The position numbers and the translations under genes are program-made. From sequence record PP919962.1: DNA of 64,000 nucleotides, one strand, 5' to 3'. Under the pieces are notes generated by a model. It was not told the origin of the DNA, did not search any database, and saw nothing but the letters and a program-made list of their open reading frames with translations. Origin of the DNA: Klebsiella phage KP2025. Below, one piece after another: positions 30,027-38,853 of this stretch. The stretch's first letter is position 1. The number at the start of each line of letters is the position of its first letter.

Positions 30027-30437
30027 CTCTATTTTTGCTTCTACCTTATGTTCAGAGGTGGTCGTTAATCACCCCCCGCGCCGTTATGCGCAGCCTATAC
30101 TTTCATATAGGAGCAGACTATATCATCACCTTTCAGTGCTTACTGCTTCGGATCACTTGATCCTACTCCCTTCCGGGATAGTCGTTGAACTTTCTACTCA
30201 TCACCAATCATAATGTTGAGATATTACTTTCCAATCTCATAAATCTGATAAGCGGGGAAACCTTCTATATTTTTCTTTTGCATATCACCTCCGACTATGG
30301 TGGTGATGAGTAGCTTAGCTGCTGATTACCCATCACTATCTTGACATTTTTTAACATTCACGCCCGATGTTACCACCCACGTTTTAGTATGTCAAGCTTT
30401 AGGGCTTCCCAGCAATTCAATAAGTTTTACATTCGCT
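30027..30437 (-). ncRNA. group I intron (ORF-less, about 411 nt) interrupting the DNA polymerase A gene near motif A; boundaries inferred
   Basis: no ORF in 445-bp gap between pol halves; R element GTTCAACGACTA (RC of 30179-30190) and S element GATATAGTC (RC of 30116-30124) can pair GACTA/TAGTC to form P7; proposed 5' exon ends in U (ACG ATT|) and intron ends in G (..ATAGAG|AGC), restoring ...GYDFDSLTI|SHYCWRYEAEPHEYCNALLEKPHDVH..., collinear with T7 gp5 DASGLELRCLAHFMARFDNGEYAHEILNGDIH. Confidence 0.6.
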
Positions 30438-32147
30438 AATCGTTAACGAATCAAAATCATAACCAATCTGAAAATAATAAGGCACTTCTACACCAAACAA
30501 GTTGCGCATTTCATGACCGTATAAAGAGGTTACACGAGGGATGTTAGCGACGAGCCTATGCTTCATGCGACTTGTAGCAGCATCACATGTCGCAGCAGGT
30601 GTAGGAATACGCCCATCAGAGCGCACCGCAGCAAGATAACCTTTCTCGTAATCTTCCTCGTCTTCATCCCATTCCGCACCGCCTCCAAGGATAGAGTTCC
30701 TGCGGTGTTTAAATGTCAGGTATTCTACGATTTGAGTAGCATATGGGAATTTCTCCCCTAATTCAACCAAGTTAGGGCAAATATCTTTTTCCTGTCCTTT
30801 AGTAAACGATGGATTAGTTAGTACCTTAAGACCACGCCCTTTACCTTTCTCTATACGATCTCGGATCTTCCATTCTAAGGTTTCCGGGGTACAATCCAGA
30901 TGTTCACAACGATCAGCACAAAAATTAGATGCTAGGGTTTGTTCTACATAATCCTTAATACCTTTTTCTAATTGTTCAGGCGTTTTCTTAATCTTAGTAC
31001 CAGATTTAAGGGTTAAATCTTTATCTTTGTACTCAGATGGACTCCACCCTAACCCTACTAACCAATCTTTAATATGGGTAGTATCATCCAGTGTTGCCGG
31101 AACGTAAGGATCACAAATAGGCTCTTCACTTGAAATAGGGAGTAAAAACTCTTTACCTAATGCAATAAGATAATAATCCTCTTCTCTCTTAACAATTTCC
31201 CCGCCATGTTTTTCTGCAAATTTAAGAATATTACTAGTGGGTTCACCATTCTTCTTAAACTGAAGTTTAGGAGGGATAAAAGCTTTTAAATATCCCTTTG
31301 TTGCAGGTTTTGGTGGAAGGATTGGTTCTGCCTGTAGCCTACGTTCTTCCATCTTCTGATCTAAATCTGCAATATTGTCTTCCGCTTGTTTCTTGTTGAA
31401 AGCAAATCCACGGTGTTCCTGACGAGTAATAATATCTGCAACACGTTGTTCTAGTGCAAAAGGTTCAGCCCATTTATCATAGTCTCCCCATTCATCCATA
31501 AGATATTTATATACTGCGGTGTTAGATTTGTTATCGTAAATACAGTAATAAAGCATGTCTGCTGCAAATGTTTTAAACCTGTCCTGTTCAGGAATATTCT
31601 TACGAAAATCAATCTTAACATCGCCGCCTGCCTTACTGGATAATTCAGCAAGACTATGACCACCAAAGCGATCAGGGTTTAATACCTTACTTAAAATCAT
31701 GGTATCACAAATTTCTACCGGGGAATTCCCCCAAGTATTATATTTGACACTATAATTTATTTTGAACCAAAGTTTAATAGCTAATAAGTCAAAGTTGATT
31801 ATATTGTGTCCTACAACTTTTGTGATTTTATATTTTTCCTTATTAGTAAATTTACCTGTGCCATTAATAAAATCAGGAAAATCATTTAAAGGGAAATGGG
31901 TGTATTCCTGATGTTGATATTCCTCCAAACGATATTCATATTTTCCATCAGTTTCTACATAAGGACGACCATCAAAAACATACTTATCTCCATCATGAAA
32001 GGCAATAATTTCCCCTGTTTCATGACTTTCACATACAATACAATGCATGTCAAAACTATCTTTTAGTCGATAAGGGCTTGACAGGTAATCCACACTCTCA
32101 TCATTTAATAAGTTATTACTTTCAATGTCGAAAGTGAATGCTCCCAT
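30417..32147 (-). CDS. DNA polymerase family A, N-terminal part (3'-5' exonuclease domain plus start of polymerase domain; exon 1 inferred to end at about 30438)
   Basis: Exo I FTFDIESNN, Exo II VVGHNIINFDL, Exo III YYCIYD; C-terminal GYDFDSL aligns with Pol A motif A (DxSxxE) before the reading frame runs into intron sequence. Confidence 0.7.
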   Translation of the reverse strand: MGAFTFDIESNNLLNDESVDYLSSPYRLKDSFDMHCIVCESHETGEIIAFHDGDKYVFDGRPYVETDGKYEYRLEEYQHQEYTHFPLNDFPDFINGTGKFTNKEKYKITKVVGHNIINFDLLAIKLWFKINYSVKYNTWGNSPVEICDTMILSKVLNPDRFGGHSLAELSSKAGGDVKIDFRKNIPEQDRFKTFAADMLYYCIYDNKSNTAVYKYLMDEWGDYDKWAEPFALEQRVADIITRQEHRGFAFNKKQAEDNIADLDQKMEERRLQAEPILPPKPATKGYLKAFIPPKLQFKKNGEPTSNILKFAEKHGGEIVKREEDYYLIALGKEFLLPISSEEPICDPYVPATLDDTTHIKDWLVGLGWSPSEYKDKDLTLKSGTKIKKTPEQLEKGIKDYVEQTLASNFCADRCEHLDCTPETLEWKIRDRIEKGKGRGLKVLTNPSFTKGQEKDICPNLVELGEKFPYATQIVEYLTFKHRRNSILGGGAEWDEDEEDYEKGYLAAVRSDGRIPTPAATCDAATSRMKHRLVANIPRVTSLYGHEMRNLFGVEVPYYFQIGYDFDSLTISECKTY

Positions 32148-32159
32148 TTTTCCTCCTTA

Positions 32160-32477
32160 TTATTTAAGAATAGCCATTAATTCTTGGAATTGATTATAAA
32201 TTATTTCATCGCCTTCTTCATACGCCCCACGGGCTTCGTAATATCCTGAGTAATGACTTCCACGATCTTCATACTTTTTAAAATAATACCCCATACTTGC
32301 GGTATAGCAAAGTTTAATATCTGAATCAAGACCTTTACTACCTAACCACTTAAGATAAGCCATTTGTACAATTTCAAATACTGTAAAATTTTTCTGCGTT
32401 TGAGTTGAGAGTTCTTTCGGAGTTATTTCTACATCCATTTCTTCTACTGTAGTAACAGAACCTTTTAACTTTATCAT
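32160..32477 (-). CDS. hypothetical protein
   Basis: 105-aa ORF with strong SD (aggagaaaattATG). Confidence 0.3.
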   Translation of the reverse strand: MIKLKGSVTTVEEMDVEITPKELSTQTQKNFTVFEIVQMAYLKWLGSKGLDSDIKLCYTASMGYYFKKYEDRGSHYSGYYEARGAYEEGDEIIYNQFQELMAILK

Positions 32478-32497
32478 AATTTTCTCCTCTATGTCAA

Positions 32498-32512
32498 GGG
32501 GGCTTTCGCCCC
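32498..32512 (-). other. GGGGCGAAAGCCCCC hairpin (member of repeated GAAA-tetraloop hairpin family), no T-run
   Basis: gggggctttcgcccc on + strand between primase-helicase stop and next gene. Confidence 0.45.
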
Positions 32513-32516
32513 TGTC

Positions 32517-34286
32517 TTAGTAACTCCCTTCCGGGATATTGTTTGGATTACTTGTGTATTGCTCGTAGTCATACAGAGTAGCTGTTTTAATTTCATAGAA
32601 GAAACTTCCAGCTTTACCAGTTTCAGAGAACTCACGATTCTTCAAGATATAACAGTATGTACGATTACGTTCCATAGGGTCTTCTGCTTGCTTATCACGT
32701 TCCAGAGCAATAGTAATACCTGCACCTTTAGCAAGGAAGCTACTCCCCATTGCATCATCCTCAGTAATATGCTCATCACTATTATTCGAAGATTTCTTAA
32801 CGTGGGAAATAACAATAATCGTAATACCATACTCTTTCATAATACGTTTTAACCAAGTAGCCAGCTCTTCCTGCTCTTGTACAGACATACCTGAAAGCAA
32901 ATCAGAATAAGGGTCAATTACAAGAATTGTAACACCATAATGGATGATCATTTCCAGTACTTTTTCTTGGATGCTTTCAACATTAGCGCCACGGTCATCA
33001 CAAACATAGAAACGAGGACTACCGTCAGGACGTTCATAAAATCTAACAATCTTATCTTTATTTTCTTCGAGAATGCGTTGCTTTTCTTCCGCTGTTTTTC
33101 TATGTAAAGGAACATGCAAGTATGCAGAAAGAAGGTTTCTGGAATACTTTTTATACGTTGCTTCCAAAGATAATATGCCTAACGTATGTTCTGGATGCGC
33201 TGTGATTATATGTTTAGTGATCTCATTCACTAGGAGAGTTTTACCGATACTTGTCTTAGCTAAAATAACAGTAATCTCTTCCTCAACTAAACCGCCTCCA
33301 AGCATGTTAGCAGCCACGCGCATGAAGCTAGGTAGGGTGATAACCTTTGCTTCTAAACATTCCAGTGCAGCCTCATACAGGACGTTTGAGGCATATACCC
33401 CAGCCGGAGTGTACAGTTTAGCTCCCCAGAAAGCTTTAACAAAATCTTTTTCTCGACCTTCTTCAAGATATTTATTAGCATCCTTCAGTTCCATCTTCAT
33501 TAGATAAACTTTATTCCGAGGTAACACTTTTAAGATATTCTGAAATGCTTCCTCTCCTGCTTTATCATTATCCATGCAGATAATGATTTTCTTAAATTGG
33601 CTAAGAAAATGGTATTGGGCTTGAATCTGTTTATATGCACTAGTTTCACCAGTAGTACCACATACAACAGCAGGCACCTCATATTTTTTATCCATATTCT
33701 CGGAAAGCATTTGGTAAGCGGCTAGTACGTCATGTTCGCCGCCTGTAATAAGAATGGTATGATTCCTCTCCTTAAATTTTACTTGCCCAAACAACTCTAC
33801 GTCTTTTCCTACTTGTCCAATTGGCTTACTAAAATCTTTAGGATGAATACGTTTTTTAAAACCTACTAAACTTCCATCGATAGTTGTAGGATATAATACA
33901 GAAACAACATTTCTTTCATTATCGTATTCATAACGAACAGCATAAAACTTAGAGTATTCTGTTTTTATACCACGATAATTTCTGGAGTCAGTTCCTGTAC
34001 TCTCTACAATAAGTTTACGAATTTCAGGATTAAACTCTGATCCCACTATTTCCTCCTCTTCCTCAAGCTCTTCCCCGTTTTCTCTTAGCCACTCTACGCT
34101 AGGTATCGTGTAATGACAAGCAAAACACTTAGCTCCTCTGTGTTCCAGATTTTGGTCTAGACCATACACCATTAGGTTATTACGTGACCTGTCATTACCA
34201 TTACTTATGCATCGTGGGCAACCTGTATGACCTTCTCGGCTTAAATCTATTGTTATACCAAATCTTGTGATTAAGTTTTCAGACAC
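32517..34286 (-). CDS. bifunctional DNA primase/helicase (T7 gp4-like)
   Basis: N-terminal Cys4 zinc ribbon (CPRCISNGND...CFACHY), TOPRIM-like segment (ILITGGEHDVLAAYQ), DnaB-like helicase with Walker A KTSIGKT. Confidence 0.6.
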   Translation of the reverse strand: MSENLITRFGITIDLSREGHTGCPRCISNGNDRSRNNLMVYGLDQNLEHRGAKCFACHYTIPSVEWLRENGEELEEEEEIVGSEFNPEIRKLIVESTGTDSRNYRGIKTEYSKFYAVRYEYDNERNVVSVLYPTTIDGSLVGFKKRIHPKDFSKPIGQVGKDVELFGQVKFKERNHTILITGGEHDVLAAYQMLSENMDKKYEVPAVVCGTTGETSAYKQIQAQYHFLSQFKKIIICMDNDKAGEEAFQNILKVLPRNKVYLMKMELKDANKYLEEGREKDFVKAFWGAKLYTPAGVYASNVLYEAALECLEAKVITLPSFMRVAANMLGGGLVEEEITVILAKTSIGKTLLVNEITKHIITAHPEHTLGILSLEATYKKYSRNLLSAYLHVPLHRKTAEEKQRILEENKDKIVRFYERPDGSPRFYVCDDRGANVESIQEKVLEMIIHYGVTILVIDPYSDLLSGMSVQEQEELATWLKRIMKEYGITIIVISHVKKSSNNSDEHITEDDAMGSSFLAKGAGITIALERDKQAEDPMERNRTYCYILKNREFSETGKAGSFFYEIKTATLYDYEQYTSNPNNIPEGSY

Positions 34287-34298
34287 TTAAAATCTCCA

Positions 34299-34562
34299 TT
34301 AAAAGGATGCATTGTGCTCCATTACAAATTCAATTTCTTTTTCTTCTAGATACTTTTTAAATTGATATTCAATTTCTTTAATTGGAAGATCAATATTAAA
34401 AACCTCTTTCTGTTCATGGAAAGCTCTTACAGCATCAATATATAAACCACCAGAGTAGTCCCAATCATTGTCTGCATATGGGTCTGGTTCTGTATAATAA
34501 AAATCTACTTCAATTGTAAGAGACATTCCGTCCATGTTATATAAAAAATCAAACGTATTCAT
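34299..34562 (-). CDS. hypothetical protein
   Basis: 87-aa ORF. Confidence 0.25.
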   Translation of the reverse strand: MNTFDFLYNMDGMSLTIEVDFYYTEPDPYADNDWDYSGGLYIDAVRAFHEQKEVFNIDLPIKEIEYQFKKYLEEKEIEFVMEHNASF

Positions 34563-34573
34563 ATTGCTCCTAA

Positions 34574-35536
34574 TTATAAACTTTCAACCACTTGGCGACG
34601 TAATTCATTAGCATCTTCTAATGCATAATGTAAACGAACATGTTCTGCTAGAGCCTCACCTTTATCTTTTCTATAGTTTGGATTTTTTAGTAATTTGTCA
34701 ACCTCTTGCTTCCATTCAAAAGTATTTTCAGCGTAAATTACTACTTTTTCATCTACAGGATTGTAGTAGGGTAGCACTTTAGAGCAAACAATAGGCAGAC
34801 CTTTAGCGCCAGCCTCTAAGATTTTAAGATTACTTTTACAAGCATTGAACTCATTCTCTACCAAAGGCGCGATTGCTATTTGATGACCATTATACACATT
34901 CATATACGTATTTAAATCTTTAACGGCTTTTACGTAATTGCTTGCTGGAAATTTAGTCATTACTTTAGCCCATTCAGAGTGTACTAAACATTCAATTGAT
35001 CCGGGCTTTGCGGTTGGATAAATATCATACCCGGCAATAGTGAATAGCCCTGCTGGAAAAGAATTTAAAACTAAACTCAAATCCCGTTCATGACTAGCAC
35101 CTCCCGCCCAAACGACAGGTGTGCTTGATGTAGTGTCTTCACTTAAAGTGAATTGCAGTTGATCAAAAGGCAATGCATTTTTAATCACCACAATATTTCT
35201 ATTTAAATGACGAAGTTTGTATGCTAAGTATTCTGTTGTAACAGTAACAACATCTGCCAACTTAACCATCTCTTCAATTACTTTAGCATGTTCTGTAAAA
35301 TGCTTGGCTAAATAGTGTTCTTTATTTAACTCATAATAGTCATCCAAATCCACAATTATTTTATAGCCCTTTAACTTAGCTATTTTTACTTCCTCGGCAC
35401 CAAGAGAAAAAACTCTATTAAAAACCAGTACATTTTCTTTTGGTTTAAAATTGCTATTAGCATAGGGCAGAACTATTCTATGATAATCGCAACCACTACC
35501 AAATTTGTTATCAAAATACAACTGTGGTTCTTGCAC
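34574..35536 (-). CDS. glycosyltransferase, GT-B fold (GT1/GT4-like)
   Basis: C-terminal motif KSNLKILEAGAKGLPIVCS matches GT-B E..G..EA.A.G.P motif. Confidence 0.4.
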   Translation of the reverse strand: MQEPQLYFDNKFGSGCDYHRIVLPYANSNFKPKENVLVFNRVFSLGAEEVKIAKLKGYKIIVDLDDYYELNKEHYLAKHFTEHAKVIEEMVKLADVVTVTTEYLAYKLRHLNRNIVVIKNALPFDQLQFTLSEDTTSSTPVVWAGGASHERDLSLVLNSFPAGLFTIAGYDIYPTAKPGSIECLVHSEWAKVMTKFPASNYVKAVKDLNTYMNVYNGHQIAIAPLVENEFNACKSNLKILEAGAKGLPIVCSKVLPYYNPVDEKVVIYAENTFEWKQEVDKLLKNPNYRKDKGEALAEHVRLHYALEDANELRRQVVESL

Positions 35537-35546
35537 AAAGTCCTCC

Positions 35547-36116
35547 TTAATATTTGATTACTTTTTCCATATCTTGGCAATGTATTAGATGTGAAATTGA
35601 CATTTGAGGATTTTGTGATCCTAGGCGATAGGTATGAAAAAGATACATCCCTCGCATGATACCTAAACGTTTCCCCTCTGAATGTAATTTATTTGAGAAT
35701 ATTAGATCGAACTGAATAGACCTTTCTTCGAAAGGTATTTCTTGCCAGAGTGATTTTCTGAATAAAAGGAAGAAACCTGCTAGCGGTACACCATAAGGAA
35801 CTTCTTCTATATCACCACCAAATACCAAACGAGCTACTCTGGCCTTTTGGATATGATTCTCTATGTTTGGGTCTTCGCTACGCTCTCCATCGAATAATTG
35901 GTATGTTGATCCTAGCCTATTACATGATGCCCCAATTACATCATACTGTGGATTAGAACGAACTAATGTTTCAATCCACATTGGTTGTTCAGGTAATAGG
36001 AACATCGTATCGATATCCCTTAAACAAATCCAACTATCTTCTGGTAACACCCGTATAGTATCATTGATACCTTTACCAATGTCTCCAGTGAGATAGGGAG
36101 TGATGTGATAAATCAT
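35547..36116 (-). CDS. hypothetical protein, possible nucleotide-sugar transferase
   Basis: 189 aa; DxD-like ICLRDIDTMF; adjacent to the GT-B glycosyltransferase. Confidence 0.2.
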   Translation of the reverse strand: MIYHITPYLTGDIGKGINDTIRVLPEDSWICLRDIDTMFLLPEQPMWIETLVRSNPQYDVIGASCNRLGSTYQLFDGERSEDPNIENHIQKARVARLVFGGDIEEVPYGVPLAGFFLLFRKSLWQEIPFEERSIQFDLIFSNKLHSEGKRLGIMRGMYLFHTYRLGSQNPQMSISHLIHCQDMEKVIKY

Positions 36117-36179
36117 TCTCCCTCTCCTGTATTGTTAATGTATCACCAATCAGAGCGAATGTCCAATCGGTATTGCCTA

Positions 36180-36377
36180 TCAATCTTTAGGTTTAATGAT
36201 TCCACGATTCTGTAGTTCTAACTGAATTGCAATACTACGATCACGTGCTGCCATATATTCTGTGAATGTATCTCGGAGATGATCCCCAGCTACATCACGT
36301 AACTTTAGCAACTTTTCATCTGTTACCGCAGTAAGGTCAACAAAGTGTTCTACATCATACGTCCCATTTGTTTTCAT
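36180..36377 (-). CDS. hypothetical small protein
   Basis: 65-aa ORF. Confidence 0.2.
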   Translation of the reverse strand: MKTNGTYDVEHFVDLTAVTDEKLLKLRDVAGDHLRDTFTEYMAARDRSIAIQLELQNRGIIKPKD

Positions 36378-36579
36378 CTACAATCCCCTTAATCTCTACT
36401 GAACATTCTTTACAAATACATTGCCCTTTACTTTTATTTAACTCAATAAAAGGCTCATTATCTTCCCTTCTAGAATCATATAATACAGAATTGAAACAGA
36501 TAATGCAAATGTGTTTAGTTAGAACATATTTTTGAACTTTTTCTTTCTTTTTGAAATTTACTTCAATAATATCGCCCAT
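36355..36579 (-). CDS. small zinc-ribbon protein
   Basis: CIICF...CICKEC two Cys pairs. Confidence 0.3.
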   Translation of the reverse strand: MGDIIEVNFKKKEKVQKYVLTKHICIICFNSVLYDSRREDNEPFIELNKSKGQCICKECSVEIKGIVDENKWDV

Positions 36580-36860
36580 TAATGTAATGCTCCTAAAATA
36601 TTATCCTGAGCTACAACACAAGAGAATTCCACCAGGTCATGAGTTCTACTGAATCTTTCCCAAACCTCAGTTTTAACTTGTAAGGTAAGACAAGGATAAA
36701 TACTATCACTCATTACAACAATTGAAAAACAATCCGCAGATTCCTCATCTGTGATGAATAAGGTTGCAAACTTTTCCAAATGTTTTCTTACATTGTGTAA
36801 ATCCTCTTCTGTTAGACCAATCATCAGATAACTGGCAACAACAATTGCATCATCTTCCAT
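36579..36860 (-). CDS. hypothetical small protein
   Basis: 93-aa ORF with ATGA overlap. Confidence 0.25.
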   Translation of the reverse strand: MEDDAIVVASYLMIGLTEEDLHNVRKHLEKFATLFITDEESADCFSIVVMSDSIYPCLTLQVKTEVWERFSRTHDLVEFSCVVAQDNILGALH

Positions 36861-36868
36861 ATAACCTC

Positions 36869-37384
36869 CTACCGGTAAAATTGATGTTCTTTATATCTGT
36901 ACACTAAAGTCATATCTTTTTCCCAATGGACACGAATACTTTTTTTCTTAAAGTATTTTGCTCCTTTAGTAAAGTCCGTAGCATCTCTAGCTTCAGGGAA
37001 ATTACGATTTAAGTAAAGTAAACGGTCTGCAATATGTTTTGCTTCTTGCCATTTATCTTTTTCTACTACATTGAAAGCCCCTTTGTTGGTATAAGAAAAC
37101 TGTCCGGGTTGGAACAGAACATCTTTTACAGTTTTAGGGAATTGTGGGTCATTAACGCGATTCAAGACCACATTGCCAACCGCCGCCATTCCTTTTTTAC
37201 CTTGGCCTCGGCTTTCGGCATACATCGCACAAGCTAAAAGATTTTCTTTCGTATCTCGCTTTGTACATTTGTGAACTACTTTAGCGGTCTTTACGTTTGC
37301 AGCTTCGGCAATGCCGATTACAGGTGTAAATGTAAAAGCAGTTAATGATAGTAACGCAATTGTTACAAAGTTTCGTATTAGCAA
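36869..37384 (-). CDS. secreted SleB-like cell-wall hydrolase (endolysin candidate)
   Basis: cleavable signal peptide (LTAFTFTPVIGIAEA|A) then SleB/Hydrolase_2 motif AMYAESRGQG...GMAAVGNVVLNRV...FQPGQFSY. Confidence 0.5.
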   Translation of the reverse strand: MLIRNFVTIALLSLTAFTFTPVIGIAEAANVKTAKVVHKCTKRDTKENLLACAMYAESRGQGKKGMAAVGNVVLNRVNDPQFPKTVKDVLFQPGQFSYTNKGAFNVVEKDKWQEAKHIADRLLYLNRNFPEARDATDFTKGAKYFKKKSIRVHWEKDMTLVYRYKEHQFYR

Positions 37385-37441
37385 ATTTGCCTCCTTTTTA
37401 TTTTACGAACTATTATTCTAACATAAGAAGGACTTTTTTGC

Positions 37442-37462
37442 AAGAAAAGGGGCTTTCGCCCC
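37442..37462 (-). terminator. rho-independent terminator GGGGCGAAAGCCCC plus U-run (minus sense)
   Basis: + strand aaaaggggctttcgcccc at 37445-37462. Confidence 0.5.
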
Positions 37463-37469
37463 TCTGATA

Positions 37470-38096
37470 CTACAGTGTGAAAGTGGTAGTGAAGTCCACT
37501 TTAGTTCCGTCTTCGTTGACGGTAAGTTTGAGATTATCGCTCTGAACACTTTCCAAACTTTCCAGTTTAACAGTCACACGCTCGTAAGCTGGCTGACCGT
37601 CTTTTAGGAAGGTACGCTCGGTGATCACTACACGACTTGCCACATTGAACGTAGCTTTACCATCGTGCTCAAGATGATAAGTGCTACCATCTTTATAATT
37701 AATAACAACTACTCCGCCGCTAATAACTAGATCTCCACTTAGGGTATCACTTGCCGGTAAAACGGAAGAAACATTTTGTGCTTCTTTTTGAGCTGAAACA
37801 ACAATCTCCTCAAGCTCTTTTACTGTCAGCGCTTCATCATCACCCCAACTACCGTCACTGAGGAAGGTATTACCATTAAGAATACCAAAATATCCCCAGC
37901 CATTGAGACTGTAAGCATCGTTTGCTGTGTTGGTCATCCAAGTATCGTGAAATGCTTCGTCGATACAGTAGTGGATGCCAAGATCCCGTACTACTTTAAA
38001 TAGGTCAATGACTTTTCGGCTATTGGCTTCGTTAAAATCTACATCAATTGCAAAATTGCTGTTGAACAAATCTTTTAGTTTAGAAATTGCGCTCAT
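37470..38096 (-). CDS. hypothetical protein
   Basis: 208-aa ORF. Confidence 0.3.
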   Translation of the reverse strand: MSAISKLKDLFNSNFAIDVDFNEANSRKVIDLFKVVRDLGIHYCIDEAFHDTWMTNTANDAYSLNGWGYFGILNGNTFLSDGSWGDDEALTVKELEEIVVSAQKEAQNVSSVLPASDTLSGDLVISGGVVVINYKDGSTYHLEHDGKATFNVASRVVITERTFLKDGQPAYERVTVKLESLESVQSDNLKLTVNEDGTKVDFTTTFTL

Positions 38097-38116
38097 TTTA
38101 TTCTCCTTTTATTTAT

Positions 38117-38141
38117 TAAAAATGGAGGGTTTTCACCCTCC
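38117..38141 (-). terminator. rho-independent terminator after terD
   Basis: ggagggttttcaccctcc hairpin plus T-run in minus sense. Confidence 0.5.
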
Positions 38142-38155
38142 GATGTAGGTAGTGA

Positions 38156-38758
38156 TTACGGGCATTCGTACCAAGTTTTATCACCGCCGAATGCTACCAC
38201 CACATCACAGATATCCATACCTGCTTTACCAACACCGTAGGCTTTCAGTTTCCATTCGCTGTCTTCACGAACGAGTGAAGCTACGTGGCAGATGGTGTTA
38301 CCAGCAACTTCCGGTGCGAGGAAGTCGAAGTCTAGGATCTCAACATTACGTTCTGCGTCGAAGATTTTCAGCATACCTTCGGAAGCATGACCGAGGCGCT
38401 TCTGACCAGTTTCATCGTCGATGGTGATGACGAATGCGATTTCATCTGCGTTCTGGGAGATTTTATCCAGAGTCACATCGATCTGCTCCAGGTTGCCAGT
38501 ACCATCACGAACATCTTCGCCAGCGAAGGTTGAACGCTCTGGGTCAACTTTGTTGCCGTAGCAAACCAGGTGACGGGCAGACAGCATTTCTGGATTACCG
38601 GAGGCGTTATGACGGCAGATTAGCGCGCTAACATCCAGATCGAGCTTTGAGCTTGATTTCCAGGAGAATTCCAGACGAATCTCTTTCAGCAGGGGTGCGA
38701 TCTTTTTCAGGGAAATCTTTTCGGTGGAACCTTTTTTCAGGGAAATTTTCTCAGACAT
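38156..38758 (-). CDS. terD: TerD-family protein (tellurite-resistance/stress-response TerD domain)
   Basis: collinear with R478 TerD across its length: SLKKG..ISLKK, LDLDVSAL, Ca-binding-region GEDVRDGTGN, EIAFVITIDD, EWKLKAYGVGKAG. Confidence 0.8.
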   Translation of the reverse strand: MSEKISLKKGSTEKISLKKIAPLLKEIRLEFSWKSSSKLDLDVSALICRHNASGNPEMLSARHLVCYGNKVDPERSTFAGEDVRDGTGNLEQIDVTLDKISQNADEIAFVITIDDETGQKRLGHASEGMLKIFDAERNVEILDFDFLAPEVAGNTICHVASLVREDSEWKLKAYGVGKAGMDICDVVVAFGGDKTWYECP

Positions 38759-38785
38759 GTATATTCTCCTTTATTTTTGTTTACT

Positions 38786-38805
38786 GGGGAGAGCCATCTC
38801 TCCCC
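38786..38805 (-). other. 5'UTR hairpin GGGGAGAG-ccat-CTCTCCCC between promoter and terD
   Basis: 8-bp perfect stem. Confidence 0.45.
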
Positions 38806-38817
38806 TTTGTGAAACTT

Positions 38818-38845
38818 ATTCTACTCTTTTCTTTCTAAGTGTCAA
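38818..38845 (-). promoter_or_regulatory. sigma70-like promoter upstream of terD (TTGACA-16-TAGAAT, minus sense)
   Basis: RC of 38840-38845 = TTGACA; RC of 38818-38823 = TAGAAT. Confidence 0.45.
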
Positions 38846-38853
38846 GAAATATT

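Noticed and set aside
29973-30416. Polymerase genuinely split into two polypeptides, or an intein
   Set aside because: The gap is non-coding (stops in all frames), so it is not an intein; the presence of R/S P7 elements and an in-frame upstream extension of exon 2 favours a group I intron.
30169-32540. Identical 15-mer ctcccttccgggata at 30169-30183 (intron R/P8 region) and 32526-32540 (end of primase-helicase CDS)
   Set aside because: With about 1.3e5 positions on two strands, several chance 15-mer matches are expected; the second copy is in coding sequence (IPEGSY) with no intron-like context.
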